Shown: positions 27,253-39,816 of the stretch, one piece after another | Numbering within the stretch: the first letter of the stretch is position 1 | Layout: every line of letters begins with the position of its first letter | IMG/VR virus record: IMGVR_UViG_3300042317_001497 | Direction: 5' to 3' (one strand) | DNA length: 64,000 bases | DNA from: a virus | Made by a program: the position numbers and the translations under genes | The notes under the pieces: model-generated | What the model was told of the DNA's origin: nothing | Database searches by the model: none | Seen by the model: only the letters and a program-made list of their open reading frames with translations

Positions 27253-27465
27253 GCAACCAAATTTTTGTATTATCGACATATCCGTAGTCGGACAATTGAT
27301 GAGGTCTCTTTAAAAAATTGTTAAGATATTGATTTGTTTGTTATCTCACCATCTGGTATAATGATCTAGTCAACGGAGCCAAATGTTAAACGTCTTGTGA
27401 GCAAAGACGAAGAACAATTGGAATCATGGGCAAAAGTGTTTTTAACTTTAACCATGAGGTGATTT

Positions 27466-28018
27466 ATGCGTGCTAGATATATTAGTGAGGTTAATCGTAA
27501 GGAAATTCAAAGAAAGTATATTGATCAGATACTTGGCGAAATGGATTTCATGCAGATTAAAGACTCTTTACGAGATTATCTAAGTAAAGAAAAGGATAAG
27601 TCTGGAAACTATTCTTTGGAATGTGAGATAAGAAAAGAAATTCCAGAACTGTTAGTAGATAATTGGCAAGACTTTGATAAGCCTGCTACCTTAGCCAAAA
27701 GGAAAGATAAGCATTATCATCTAGACGATCCTTCAACACAGGAGGAACTACATCATGCCTAGAACTTTTAGAAGAATAATTTCTTTTGAAGTAGAGGGTG
27801 AAATTTATGATAACTCTACATCAGCAGAAGATATTCTATTAAACTATAACTGGAACTTTAAAGGATTCCACGATAATCATGAAGATAAATGTTTCTTAGA
27901 ATCATCTCATGATGATCGTCGTGGCCGTATTACTAAAGTTATTAGAAAAGATAAAATTAGTAAAACGCATAGAGCAGATACAGAAACTTTTACAGTTAAT
28001 ACATTAGGTGCTTTATGA
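27466..28018 (+). CDS. Two hypothetical ORFs (27466-27762, 27755-28018)
   Basis: ORF track; GAGGTG RBS. Confidence 0.65.
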
Positions 28019-28321
28019 TTACATTACCAGTAGAGTATTGGTTTGTTGGTATTTTCATATTGTTAAGTTTGTTAACATGGATTGGATATAAATATTTTTA
28101 TCTTACTCAAAATTTTAATCCATAATCCATAATTAACTATATTTAGTCTAACCGATCCGGGCATTAGTCTCAGCTAATGTGCCGGATTTGGTTTTTTTGG
28201 TTGTAGTCAGCGAGATTGTAGGCCCCTTAAGAAATTTGTAGTTGACCCTTGAAACTGTATTCCTACTATAGAACATAAATCGGTCGCATGGACGCGACAT
28301 ACTTTAACAGGAGAAAAGTTT

Positions 28322-28930
28322 ATGATGAAGTTTGCGCTTGTGATTGCTCTTATGTTACTTGGCTCGTCAACTTATGCTGGTGAGTGTGTTAATGGTAATT
28401 GTACACTTCGTAGTCGAACTGTCAATGTTACAAGAGAACTAGTCTCAGTTCCAGTAACAGTAACACGCCGAACTGTTGAGGCTACTCGTAATTTTGGTCG
28501 TAGAACTGTGGCCCGCGTTCGTAGTGTTGTTCGTTGATTAATAGAAAGAGATCCGGCCGGACTTTTTCTTATCTATAATTAATTTTTCAAGGAAGGAACT
28601 TTTATGATTAGATTAGTACTATTGGTGGCATTATGCCTTTGTTCTTCAGTTGGTTATAGTCAGAATATAGTTTATAGTCAGGGTAAATATTACTCCTATT
28701 CCTCATATCAACCATCAACATCATCTGCTCAAGGTGTTGCCGAAATTCAGGCCCGCCGAAATAGCATGGGACATTGTGGTGGAAATAATGGATATGAAGG
28801 AGTTGGTTTTAGTAGTGTAAGTTCTGATGCTGCTATTAGAAACTGTTGTTACTGGGGACAAAAGACTCCAGTAGAAATAGGAGTAGCTAAAGGTAGGAGT
28901 GGATGGTATGCTTGTGTAAGATATAGGTGA
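28322..28930 (+). CDS. Two secreted Cys-containing proteins of planctomycete type (28322-28537, 28604-28930)
   Basis: Signal peptides; AGECVNGNC; SAQGVAE...GHCGG...EGVGFS...NCCYWG...GWYACVRY. Confidence 0.7.
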
Positions 28931-31900
28931 TTGTTTTACCTGAACATTCAGGGTTGGATTTTATGGATACAGTCAGTCAAAAATACTTTATAAGACTAGA
29001 TAAACAAATATCATGTGATCTTATATGCTCTCAGGTACAAAATTTAGTGACTAAATTCCAGAAATCCTTTCCTGATGTATCAGATAGTTTTATTAGTTTA
29101 GAAATAAAAAAAGTTAATCATAGTGTAGATAATATTTTATTGTTAGAACATCATAGTCCCACCTAAACCAGCAGATTTGGTTTAAGTGGTTATAGTCAGC
29201 GAGAATTAAATATGAATAAAAAGAAACCCAAGTCTGATTCTTCTAAGCCTAAAAAGAAAACAACCCCCAAAAAGAGTTGTGGTAAGAAGTGTGGTAAGAA
29301 TAATTGTTTATCAAAAGATGAAGCTCAGAAAATTTGTAACAATAAACTACCCACCTTGAAAAGCGAAGAAATAATTCTACAACCAGAGAGCAAAGCCAAC
29401 TATCTTCTTGGACTAATTAAAAAGGCTTTTGGTTATGGTTCAGATACTTAATCTTTTAGGTTTTCTAGTCTTGTCTGTAATATTAGTTGAAACAACAATA
29501 TATTTTTGTCATAAATTTTTTATAGACCATAATAATCCGCCCCCAAAATAAAATGACTATTATCGAAATTTTAGCCATAGCTGTTGGATGCTCAATAATA
29601 ATTAGCATTATTGCTTTTGCTCTTCTTATAAGCTATTATGATCCTAATGGATCAAGCTCCAGAGATATTAATGGATATAAGAAATGATAAGTTTATTTTT
29701 TCAGAATACAGTAGTAAGTAGACCACTACTACCAACATTCATTCATGATGACTTATCACGAATAGTAATAAGTATAATTGGAATTTTCTTGTTGGCCTAT
29801 ATTTTCAAAAGGATAGCGGACTATTATAATGCTTAATAATGATCCTCTTATATTATATGGCCCAGAGATTATTCTTTCCTGCACCATACTACATTGGGCA
29901 TTAGTTAGCTATTTACAAGATTATCTTTATGAGGACGATAATTATGACCAAAAGAAAAATTAATGAATTTCATGTGCCTTTTATCAAAGAACTAGTATTT
30001 GTGGGCCTAATTACAATAGTTTCTATGGTTTCTGTGCATTTTTTAATGAAAAAAGAGATATTTAATACATCAAATTCCACCATATATACCTCTCAAGAAT
30101 CCCAGATACTATCCAAGTAAGGGTTTATTAAGCTAATACGCTCTGTTTTATGGCTTAATCAATTAAAATTCACTTATTATCTTATCCGGTGGTGAAAAAT
30201 AGATTAAAGGCCACAATGGGAAATGGCCGATAAACCCTCTTGACAACCTCTATGGTTTCTGGTATACTAGCTACTACTGGTAATGGGAATATTTATAAGA
30301 GGTATAGTGAAAAATGTATAAGAATGTATTGTTGACCGATAAAGAAATAGCCCTTCTCAAGAGTGTTATTAATCAAACTCTACATGAGAAAATGAGCATT
30401 GACCGTAATAATTTGACCATTATTCTTAACCGTCTTAGAGGTATTCAACCCACAAAAACATATAATCAGAGTATCAATTAGGGAAATGAACCCACAAATG
30501 AACACTAAATCAAACAAGCATCATAAATCTAATATCAAAAAGGGTCATCAATCCAAAAATCAATATCAAATTGATCATGATCTATCTTTAATCATAGATA
30601 AAATCTCTCTAAAGAATGGGGAGATGTTTAGGGTGGACTTTTGGGATAATGGTGATATTCTTAATGATTATATATTGGATATGAACAGGGAAACTCTAAA
30701 GGGAATGGCCGATTTTATTTATAAAATTCTTGAAGAAGAAAAGAAATGAGTAGCTATATACCTAAACAGAATATTTTTGATGGTGAATATTTTGATCTTG
30801 CTATAGAGCGTGATCGTTTCGGTGGATATTCTGATAACTTAACCAGTTATGAGTATGGTATGGTCTTTAGAACAAACAAGAAGCATAATGTAATCAATCC
30901 ACCAACCACAAAAGAAGAATTACTAGCACTAGCGGATTTTATATATGATACTGTTGGAGAATAAATAATGAGTAACGAACTTAAAGAGACTATACAAACT
31001 TTTTTGACCGTTTATGAACAGGCTAATGAAATGCCTATTCTTAGGCCAATGAGTCATAATCAACGTAGTTATCTTTTGAGTATTGCTGTTGATATTTTAA
31101 CAATCTTGGAGAAAAATAATGACCAAGTTTGAACTTTCATGGAAAAGCGAAAAGTATCAAAATAACTCAATCGTCAAAGAGAAGATTGATGCTTTGTGTT
31201 TTGAAGATGTTGCAGATGAGTGGTTTAAGCGATTGGCCGATATTGGTCTATCTGAAAACGATTGTTGGTGGAAAATTATCTCAGTTGTTACAAACCATGT
31301 ATGTGTTGAGATGAATCCCGGTATGAAATGTATTGTTCGTGGGTGGTAATTAAATAAGAGATGAACAATGAACATTAATCTTGATAAGCATGAAATTGGC
31401 CTAATTCTTGACTCTCTGGAAAGTTACCAACTTGATATTGAGCATGGTAATGATAATGGTTGTAAATATCTTTGGACTGAAACTGATGTGGAAAATTTGA
31501 CTAAATATCTGAATGGTATACTGGAGAATAAATAATGAACTCAAAGACAGAATCAGAAACTTTATTGTGAGTTGGGATAATACTATTAATGATGAGTCTA
31601 TGGGATTGGCCGATTATGATTTATTTTTAGAAACGGCAATTAGTCTTCTAGAAGAAACTATTGAGGAAAAATAAATGACTACTAAGTTAAGTTACGAAGA
31701 TTTTAAGAACCAATATATAGCAAAAATTCCTTATGAAACAATATCTCAAATAGAGAAACTACACTATATAAAAGATTTAACAAAAAAAATTATTGAAGAA
31801 GAGATATTGAATCAATACAATAATTACTTGAATGAATCTATTGGGGAAAAATAAATGAACAGACCACAAACTAAAATGGAACTTTATGGAGTTCCTCAAG

Positions 31901-34393
31901 GTAATGAACTTGTTTGGGGGCGATTAATTCTTAGACAAACTGAAACTCACAAGTTTAAAAAGATCGCCTATTTTGACAACTATCTTGATGCTAATAATGC
32001 TTTTCATGAATGGTTGGAAGAATACTCTGAGCATCAATATTGTGATGGGGAAAAATAATGACTAAATCTTGGACAGAATTACTAGGAAAACCTAGTCAGA
32101 CTGATTGTATTGTGGGAAATGAGATAGTAAGAACAACTAATTATTTTACTCTGGGGGACTTTGGGGTAAGAAGGCCGATATTTGAAATCTTGTGGAAATT
32201 TGATTGTGACTCTAGGGCTAAAGAAGTATTTGATATTTGGATAAAGGAGAATAAATGAAATATGTTTATATATTACTATTAATGTCTGTTCCTTTGAATA
32301 GCCATATCAATAATAACAAACCTTGTGGTCAACAGTATGCTTTAGAACAAAATACTCCATTATGGTTTTATATTCCAGATCAGTTATGCTGGACTAGGGG
32401 TGAGACTATTTATTTGTGGGGATATTATCCGATGATATGTAGCGATTATGGTTTAGTAGATTTTAACGATGTTATATGGGAGACTAGATATGAATAAAGG
32501 GTTTGGCCGATTTTATTTATCAATCGGTTGGTAAAAACTATGAATGAAAAATTTGATAGTAAAGCAGATTATAAGAAATATCACGCAAGAGTATTAAAGT
32601 ATATCTGTTCAGAGTATAAAGATTTTCACTTTAATAGAATGAGGAATGGATCATTACTAATTCAGTTGGACCCCCTTCATAAACACGAATTTCATTTGTT
32701 AATTGGGGTAATGGCTGATCCAAAAAATAGCATTAGTAATATTGCTGGCATAGTGGTTAATCATATGTTTAAGTCTTTATATGGTCAATTCAAATTTAAA
32801 GAAATAAATAAATGAAGATTAGCATCTATCGTTATGATAACAGATATTGTTATAATATTTTTTATGGAGAAGATTTAAGATTGCAAGAGGGCTATGGATA
32901 TAGTTTGTGGGATGTTTTAGTACAAATCAATATTTTTAAACAAATAGTTCTGGAGAATAAATAATGACTAACGAACTAGAAGATAGAATCAAAAACCTTA
33001 TTGTTGATTGGGATAATACTAAAGACCGTGCTAATTGGTCAACTTGTGTTTTGTTTTTAGAAATGTCTATTGATCTTTTAAAGAAAGTTTTGGAGAATAA
33101 ATAATGACTGTTCAAGAACTTCGTAATAAAGGTTTTAAAGTAAAGGTTCTTCATAATCGACTTTATATGGGCAGATTTAAGTGGCAAACTGCTAATCCTT
33201 CAGTTATTATTGGCTCCTCTCCACTTGAGCCAGATACTAAGGGTGGATCAACTCATATCATTATTGATAGTCCTAATGGATTTCATTTTGAGGGAGTTGC
33301 TCTTTGTAGCAGAAATGATAATTATGATAAGAAGTTGGGGGTAAGAATTGCTCTTGGAAGATCTGGCGTTGTTGTATAACTAAAAGAATCAAAAATTTGG
33401 AGAATCTTTAATGAGTATTGTGATGAAAGACTTTTATAAGGCTGATGTTACCCGATTTGATATTGAAATGCTGTCGGAAAATATGGTCAAGTTTGATGTT
33501 AGTAATGTTATTAGTTGGGAATATCTGGCTGTTAGAATGACCAAGGACGAGTTAAGGGGATTGGGGAACTTTATTAAAAGCTTTCTAGGAGAAAATAACT
33601 AATGGTTGATAGAGATTATTATATGCAAACAGTTAATCCTGCTCATTATGATATTGATAAGGATATTAGTGTGGAAATGGTAACGAATGGAAATTCTTGT
33701 TATGTTTCGATTTATAATGATCGAAATGATAAGAGTGTTGCCTTTCAAGTGACTAAAGATAAGTTAAAGGGTTTGGCCGATTTTCTTAATAAAAATTTGG
33801 AGAATAACTAATGGCTGGTCTTGTATTGTTTGCTATTCTTGGCTATATGGCTAGTATTCGTATTTATGATTGGTGGAATGGATACGGAGAGTTGTTTTAA
33901 TGGAAAATAAAAATTTATCAAACAAGAGTACATTTAGAGCAGACTCTTTTAATCTTCATCTATTTCATAAAGGCATGATGTTTACTGATACTTATGGCTT
34001 AATGTTAGGCTGTACTAAAAATTATACTCATCCACCAATTACTCGGGAGGAATTAAAAGGTCTGGCCGATTTTATATATAAGTATTTGGAGCATAATCAA
34101 TGAATAATCAAGATTTTATTTCATCTCGTTCATGGAGATGGCCCCCACTATATATTCCAAACGAACTAGAAGAAGATATACTTTTGTCTGGAGAATCTAT
34201 AGTGACACAAAAAACTTGGATAGAACTATTGGGGCTTCCTCAATTTAATGAAGAAATAGACGGTAATGATATTGTTAGGGAAGTTGATCTTCATAAATTT
34301 AGGATAATTTATTCTTGTGATACTCATCAACAGGCTAAAGATGTTTATAATGCTTGGATACAAGAATATGAAACTATTGGGGAAAAGAAATGA
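28927..34393 (+). other. Dense run of short hypothetical ORFs including paralogous families
   Basis: ORF track (e.g. 30486-30749, 30746-30964, 31119-31349, 31855-32058, 32058-32258, 33104-33379, 33411-33602, 33602-33811, 33870-34103, 34100-34393), joined by GGAGAATAAATAATG-type junctions. Confidence 0.6.
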
Positions 34394-34472
34394 ATATTGA
34401 GAATTATATTCACTACTAAATTAGTGTATTTTAGAGTATCAAGGGGTTAAATTACTCTAAAGTATTGAGAAA

Positions 34473-35159
34473 ATGACCAAAAATTCAAAATTGCTGGATG
34501 CAATAATAATAAGTGATACTCATTTAGGAAGTAGTGTTTGCGAGAGCAAACAATTATATGCTTTTTTAGGATTAGTTTATACTAAAACAAATAAATTGAT
34601 TATTAATGGGGATTTTTTTGATAACTTAGATTTTCGTAGAATAAAGAAAAATCATTGGAAAATATTGTCTTTATTACGACGAATGAGTAAATATGTAGAA
34701 ATAGTCTGGATAAGAGGGAACCATGATGGAGATGCTGAAAACATATCTCATCTAATAGGATTAGATTTTAAGAATGAGTATATCTTTTCTAGTGGAGATA
34801 AAAACTTCTTGTGCTTGCATGGAGATCAATTTGACGATTTTATATATAAATATCCTAATACTACAAGAGTAGCAGATTTTATGTATAGAACAATTCAGAG
34901 ACTTGATAAAAGATTTTTGCCCAAATTTATTAAACATCGCTCAAAGACTTATTTAAGATGTAATGAGAATATGATGGAAAAATCCAGAAACTATTCAATA
35001 GGTAAACAAATTCATTGTGTTTGTTTGGGTCATACTCATTATCCTTTACTAGATAAAAACCATTCTGTATGGTATGCTAATAGTGGATGCTGGACAGAAA
35101 AAACCTGCACTTATTTAGGGATAAAAGATGGTATAATAACTTTAGAAAAGTTTGTATAG
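34473..35159 (+). CDS. Metallophosphoesterase, UDP-2,3-diacylglucosamine hydrolase-like
   Basis: ISDTHLG, INGDFFD, RGNHD, LHGD, GHTH, NSGCW. Confidence 0.85.
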   Translation: MTKNSKLLDAIIISDTHLGSSVCESKQLYAFLGLVYTKTNKLIINGDFFDNLDFRRIKKNHWKILSLLRRMSKYVEIVWIRGNHDGDAENISHLIGLDFKNEYIFSSGDKNFLCLHGDQFDDFIYKYPNTTRVADFMYRTIQRLDKRFLPKFIKHRSKTYLRCNENMMEKSRNYSIGKQIHCVCLGHTHYPLLDKNHSVWYANSGCWTEKTCTYLGIKDGIITLEKFV

Positions 35160-35222
35160 TTATTATCACATAATTAGAGTTTAGATATAATATTACTAAA
35201 GATGAATGAAAGAATATAATTA

Positions 35223-35876
35223 ATGATAGAAGATATATTAAAAAAACAAAATATAGATATTGATGATTCAAATATATTACTGATGTTTTCTGGTGGATTA
35301 GATTCTACTGGGGCTTTATGGCAATTATTACAGAACAAAGAGAACAAAATACATCTACATCATTTATATCTTCTGAATAAAGAACAAAGAGCAGAAGCGG
35401 AGCAGCGGTCTGTTAGAAATATTCTTTCGTATGTATCTCAATCATACAAAGTTAAATATAGTCAAAGTTATCATGAATATCCTTTTTATTCGTATTTAAC
35501 AGAAACGGCGGATGCTATAGTTATTAATCAAAATTTTATGTTTGATAGTGATATATACAATTTTATTGCGGCTTCTATTTGTAAGTGTTTACCTAATATT
35601 AAAAAAATTGCTGTAGGTCGCACAAAATCTGATATGGGTGCAGATATAGAAGAAAGAGCTATTAGGGGAACACAAATATTGAAACTATTTGTTCCAAATG
35701 TTGAAAAAGTATATCCTGTTGAACATTTAACAAAAGCAGAGATATATAATACTATTCCTACAGAACTAAGAAACATGACTTGGAGTTGTAGGACTCCTAT
35801 TATTAGTGATAAGGATATATTTAAAGAATGTGGAAAATGTAAAACTTGTATAGAACTCAATAAGATCAAAAATTAA
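35223..35876 (+). CDS. QueC-like PP-loop ATP pyrophosphatase
   Basis: FSGGLDST PP-loop; TWSC...CGKCKTC zinc site. Confidence 0.8.
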   Translation: MIEDILKKQNIDIDDSNILLMFSGGLDSTGALWQLLQNKENKIHLHHLYLLNKEQRAEAEQRSVRNILSYVSQSYKVKYSQSYHEYPFYSYLTETADAIVINQNFMFDSDIYNFIAASICKCLPNIKKIAVGRTKSDMGADIEERAIRGTQILKLFVPNVEKVYPVEHLTKAEIYNTIPTELRNMTWSCRTPIISDKDIFKECGKCKTCIELNKIKN

Positions 35877-35880
35877 AAAC

Positions 35881-36585
35881 ATGGAATATAGTAATATTTT
35901 TAGACATAGAGGACAGTCTTATGATTTGGCAATGAGTCTGTATCCTAACGCTAGGGATCAAGAATTTTATCAACTTTTTTCTAGATATCCTGTAAAAAAT
36001 AATGAAATAATATTAGACATACCATCTCTAGGAGGATATTTAAAAAAATATTGTCCAGAAGATAGTACAGTATTGTCATTAGACTTTTCTGAATCTATTA
36101 ATAATATATCAGTAGTTTCTCCATATGAAAAGTGGGATATTCCTAGTGTTGATAGAATTGTATGCTTGGCTTCTATACATCATATAGAAAAATTAGATCT
36201 TTTTTTAGAAAATATTTCATTACACATAAAAAATGAAGGTTTAATTCATTTAGCAGATGTTTCGTTAAATAGTAATATTTCTTTATTTTTAGATAATTTT
36301 ATTGGTCAATATACGTCAACGGGCGAACATAAAGGATTATACCATAACTGGTGCGATGTACGATTCCCCAAAGGTTTATCTGTATTAAATATTGCTGACA
36401 TAAAATGTCCTTGGGTCTTTAGTTCAAAAAATGATATGATCAATTATTGTAGATTATTATTTGATTTAAAAAATATTTCTGACAATCAAATACTTGATGG
36501 TTTAGAAAAATATATAGGATATGAACAGAATAAAGATAATATCTCTTTAAAATGGCATTTAACATATATAGATATTGGATTATGA
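35881..36585 (+). CDS. Class I SAM-dependent methyltransferase-like protein
   Basis: ILDIPSLGGYL motif I variant; VDRIVCLASIHH; GLIHLADV. Confidence 0.7.
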   Translation: MEYSNIFRHRGQSYDLAMSLYPNARDQEFYQLFSRYPVKNNEIILDIPSLGGYLKKYCPEDSTVLSLDFSESINNISVVSPYEKWDIPSVDRIVCLASIHHIEKLDLFLENISLHIKNEGLIHLADVSLNSNISLFLDNFIGQYTSTGEHKGLYHNWCDVRFPKGLSVLNIADIKCPWVFSSKNDMINYCRLLFDLKNISDNQILDGLEKYIGYEQNKDNISLKWHLTYIDIGL

Positions 36586-36649
36586 GAAACTCAACAATTT
36601 TTAAGATGGTTGTTGACACTACCAAGAACGGTATGGTATAATACTTTTT

Positions 36650-37381
36650 GTGAGAAAAATTTTACCAACCTTTAAGGAGTTTGTTATGACACCATTTAAG
36701 ATTAGTATTCTTGTTGCTGCTTTTCTAAGTTTCTCTTTAAGTACGGGATTATGGTTTAGCGGAGTTGAAAACGCAAAAGACTGCGGATTGTTCGTAGGAT
36801 TATGGGTTCCTAGTTTCTTGTCTCTTGGTAATCTATTACTAAAAAATAGCAAAGGAGATTAACATGGAAATCTATATTTTTGGTGCTGGCGTAATTATGA
36901 TGTTGATTGTTAGTTCCGGTTTAGCTATTAGTATTCTATTTTTAGGAGATCTAAATCCAAACTCAAAGGATAATCAGAAAGTAAATTATACCTTATCAGA
37001 TTTGAAAAACAGTGATACTCTAAAGAAATTGATTAAAGAAGTAAAAGAGCATAAAGTTAAGGTTGACGAGCAGTAAAATATGGAGATAAAGAATAATTTT
37101 TAAAGTGTGATCTTGACAAAAGCCGATAAGTACGATATGCTTGTACTACAAGGAGAACACTTATGAAACTTGAAAAGTATACTAATCTTGTTGCCGACTA
37201 TATTAGTGATGAGTATGATGGATTTAGTAAAGATGGTTTGATGACAGATGATGAAAAGTACGCTATTAAAAATATGCTACAAGCCCATTATGAATCTAAA
37301 GACAGCATAAATAATGCGGCTAATTATATCATGAACTATATTAAGCTGAACCGTCTGTGGATGAAAGAAAACTGTGAATAG
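36650..37381 (+). CDS. Small membrane and hypothetical ORFs (36650-36862, 36864-37076, 37163-37381)
   Basis: Hydrophobic helices in the first two (GLFVGLWVPSFLSLG). Confidence 0.6.
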
Positions 37382-37775
37382 TTTGACTGGTTTAAATGTT
37401 CAAGCCCCGTGGAGCAATCTTTTAATAAATGGTCTTAAAACCGTTGAAACACGAACGTATCAGCTTCCAGACAAATATCATGGAGAACCATTAGCACTCA
37501 TAGAAACTCCCGGCAAGAAAGGGAAGTTTAAAAGTCGCATTATTGGAATTATTACTTTTAGTCATTCTTTCACCTATCCCAACAAACAATCATGGATTGA
37601 TGATTATCAAAGACACAAAGTAGAAGAAGACGATAAAGACTATGGATGGAATGACAATAAACCTAAATATGGGTGGGTAGTATCAGACGTTATTAAGTTC
37701 GATAATCCGGTTGATCCGCCGACTAAAAAAGGAATAGTTTTTACTAACAATTGTTTAACAATGGAGACTAAATGA
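37374..37775 (+). CDS. ASCH domain protein
   Basis: LNVQAPWSNLLINGLKTVETR (GxKxxExR motif). Confidence 0.82.
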   Translation: MNSLTGLNVQAPWSNLLINGLKTVETRTYQLPDKYHGEPLALIETPGKKGKFKSRIIGIITFSHSFTYPNKQSWIDDYQRHKVEEDDKDYGWNDNKPKYGWVVSDVIKFDNPVDPPTKKGIVFTNNCLTMETK

Positions 37776-38066
37776 TGAAGAAGTTGATCTTGGTTTTTAT
37801 TCTGGCCCTGTCTGGAGTTGCAAGCCATAATTTTTATGGTGCTGATATTGTTAGTATTAGTGATAGTGATATTGATAAGATTCTAAAAGCTAAAGATATT
37901 GTTAGGGCCATGGTTAATTATCCTGACACTCTAGTTTTCCATGAATTTCACACTCTTGTAAAGGGAAATACTGTTACTCTTAAATTTACCTGTAAAAATG
38001 CTTTTGGTGTTCCAGAAACACATACGCTGGATATTAAGGTTAATTAATATTCTAATGCGTAAAATA

Positions 38067-38525
38067 ATGAATAGGTTGTTTTATACTTGGGATAACTTTG
38101 ACCATGATATTTTATATATCATCAGACAGTTGTATGCGGATAAGTGGATTCCAGACTATGTAGTGGGGGTTAAAAGGGGAGGATTAATTCCAGCCGTTAA
38201 GATTAGTCATACTTTAAATAAACCTCTAATTATGATGAGTTGTCAGCTTAGAGATAGTAATGATAATGAAGTTAGACTTTATGAAGTAGAAGAACTCTCT
38301 AAAGATCGTAATATCCTTATTGTGGATGATATATGTGATAGCGGAGGAACATTATCAAAAATCATCATAGAATTTATAGCAAAAGGATTTGATGTTAATC
38401 ATATAAAAACTTGCTCATTAATATTTAATAAGTCTCAGAGTTTTAAGATTGATTATAGAGCAAGAACTATAGATAGAGATATAGAGGATGGGTGGATTAT
38501 ATTCCCGTGGGAAAAGGATAATTAG
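38067..38525 (+). CDS. Purine phosphoribosyltransferase (Gpt-like)
   Basis: VGVKRGGLIPA, LIVDDICDSGGT, WIIFPWE. Confidence 0.88.
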   Translation: MNRLFYTWDNFDHDILYIIRQLYADKWIPDYVVGVKRGGLIPAVKISHTLNKPLIMMSCQLRDSNDNEVRLYEVEELSKDRNILIVDDICDSGGTLSKIIIEFIAKGFDVNHIKTCSLIFNKSQSFKIDYRARTIDRDIEDGWIIFPWEKDN

Positions 38526-39210
38526 TTATGAGAATTGACTCTCTAGACCTAACTAACGATATTATAGAGATACTATACAATCCGTCCCTAAAATATCGTC
38601 CTTTCCTATTACGTTTAACTAATTTTAGCAATGAAAGATACGAACTAAGGTTGAACAGAGAGCAACTCAATGACTTATACAATTTTTTAGGAGACTATGT
38701 AAAGGAACATTATAATGAGTGATAGATTTAAACTGGAAGAACAAATACTAAATACTTCAAATTTTTCTGATCAAATTAGATTAATATCAAAGAATATCTC
38801 CGATTATCAACTAGACAATGATCAGATTGTTAATGTTCTTGAGGGTTTAGCAATTTTAGTAGAACTTCATACTAATGATCTTTTTGTTACTTTTAAACAA
38901 GCTTTTAATCTAGATGAGTATAAATCATGACTAATGATTGGCTTATAACTCTTTGTCAGCATATTACAGAATTTGAATTTTATGTGGTATGTATTTTACT
39001 ACTATCCTCATTAATAATTATTATTATTAGTCCAATACTAATGCTGTATTATGGTTTGAGCGGATTAACTATCAAAATTAAACAACACAAGAAAAAATCA
39101 GCACAAAAAAGAATGGAAAGTTCTTTAGAAAATGGGAATAGAGATGCTTATATTATGCAACTAGAGCAGATGGTATACTCAAAACCACTCAAGAAAAAGA
39201 AAAAGCACAA

Positions 39211-39816
39211 ATGATAAAGATTATTGGCGATGTCCACGGTAAATACCAAAACTATCTTAATATAGTAAAGAACCATGAATATACAATACAGCTTGGTGAC
39301 TATGGCTTTAAGTACGAGAGTCTTAAAGACGTTGATCATACTAAACATCTAATTATTGGAGGTAATCATGATAACTATGATATTTGCTATAACTATCCTC
39401 ATTTTCTCTCAGATTATGGTTATACGGTTAATTTTAACGGAATAGATTTCTTCTATTATAGAGGTGCTTATAGTGTTGATCGTCAACATAGAACTATTGG
39501 TATTGATTGGTGGCAAAATGAGCAAGTAACTATTGAATCTTTTATTGAGGCTAGAGAACTTTATCGTTCAATCAAACCCGATATATTTTTATCTCATGAC
39601 TGTCCAGATTTTATGGTTCGTGATTATATCGGGCCATATGCTAGAGTATATGAGAATATTACTAATTGGGCTTTGGGAGAATTGTATAAGATTCATCAGC
39701 CTAAATTGTGGATTCATGCTCATTATCATCAGTCAAAAACTACAGTTTATGAAAATACTAAATTTATCTGTTTGGATGAGTTAGAAATTTACTCTTTGGT
39801 TAAAGATGAGTATTGA
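39211..39816 (+). CDS. Metallophosphoesterase
   Basis: IGDVHG, QLGDYG, GGNHD, GAYSVDR, LSHDCP, WIHAHYH. Confidence 0.85.
   Translation: MIKIIGDVHGKYQNYLNIVKNHEYTIQLGDYGFKYESLKDVDHTKHLIIGGNHDNYDICYNYPHFLSDYGYTVNFNGIDFFYYRGAYSVDRQHRTIGIDWWQNEQVTIESFIEARELYRSIKPDIFLSHDCPDFMVRDYIGPYARVYENITNWALGELYKIHQPKLWIHAHYHQSKTTVYENTKFICLDELEIYSLVKDEY

Larger units (their letters stand above)
16391..29206 (+). repeat. Second dispersed ~50 nt repeat family (6 copies)
   Basis: GTCY-N3-CT(A/T)A...C(G/A)G(A/G)TT(T/G)G...TAGTCAGC at 16391, 19081, 25656, 25927, 28167, 29156. Confidence 0.7.

Noticed and set aside
35223-35876. Assigning the gene symbol queC and calling 7-deazaguanine DNA modification
   Set aside because: The QueC-specific YPDC motif is absent and no partner genes are in the window.
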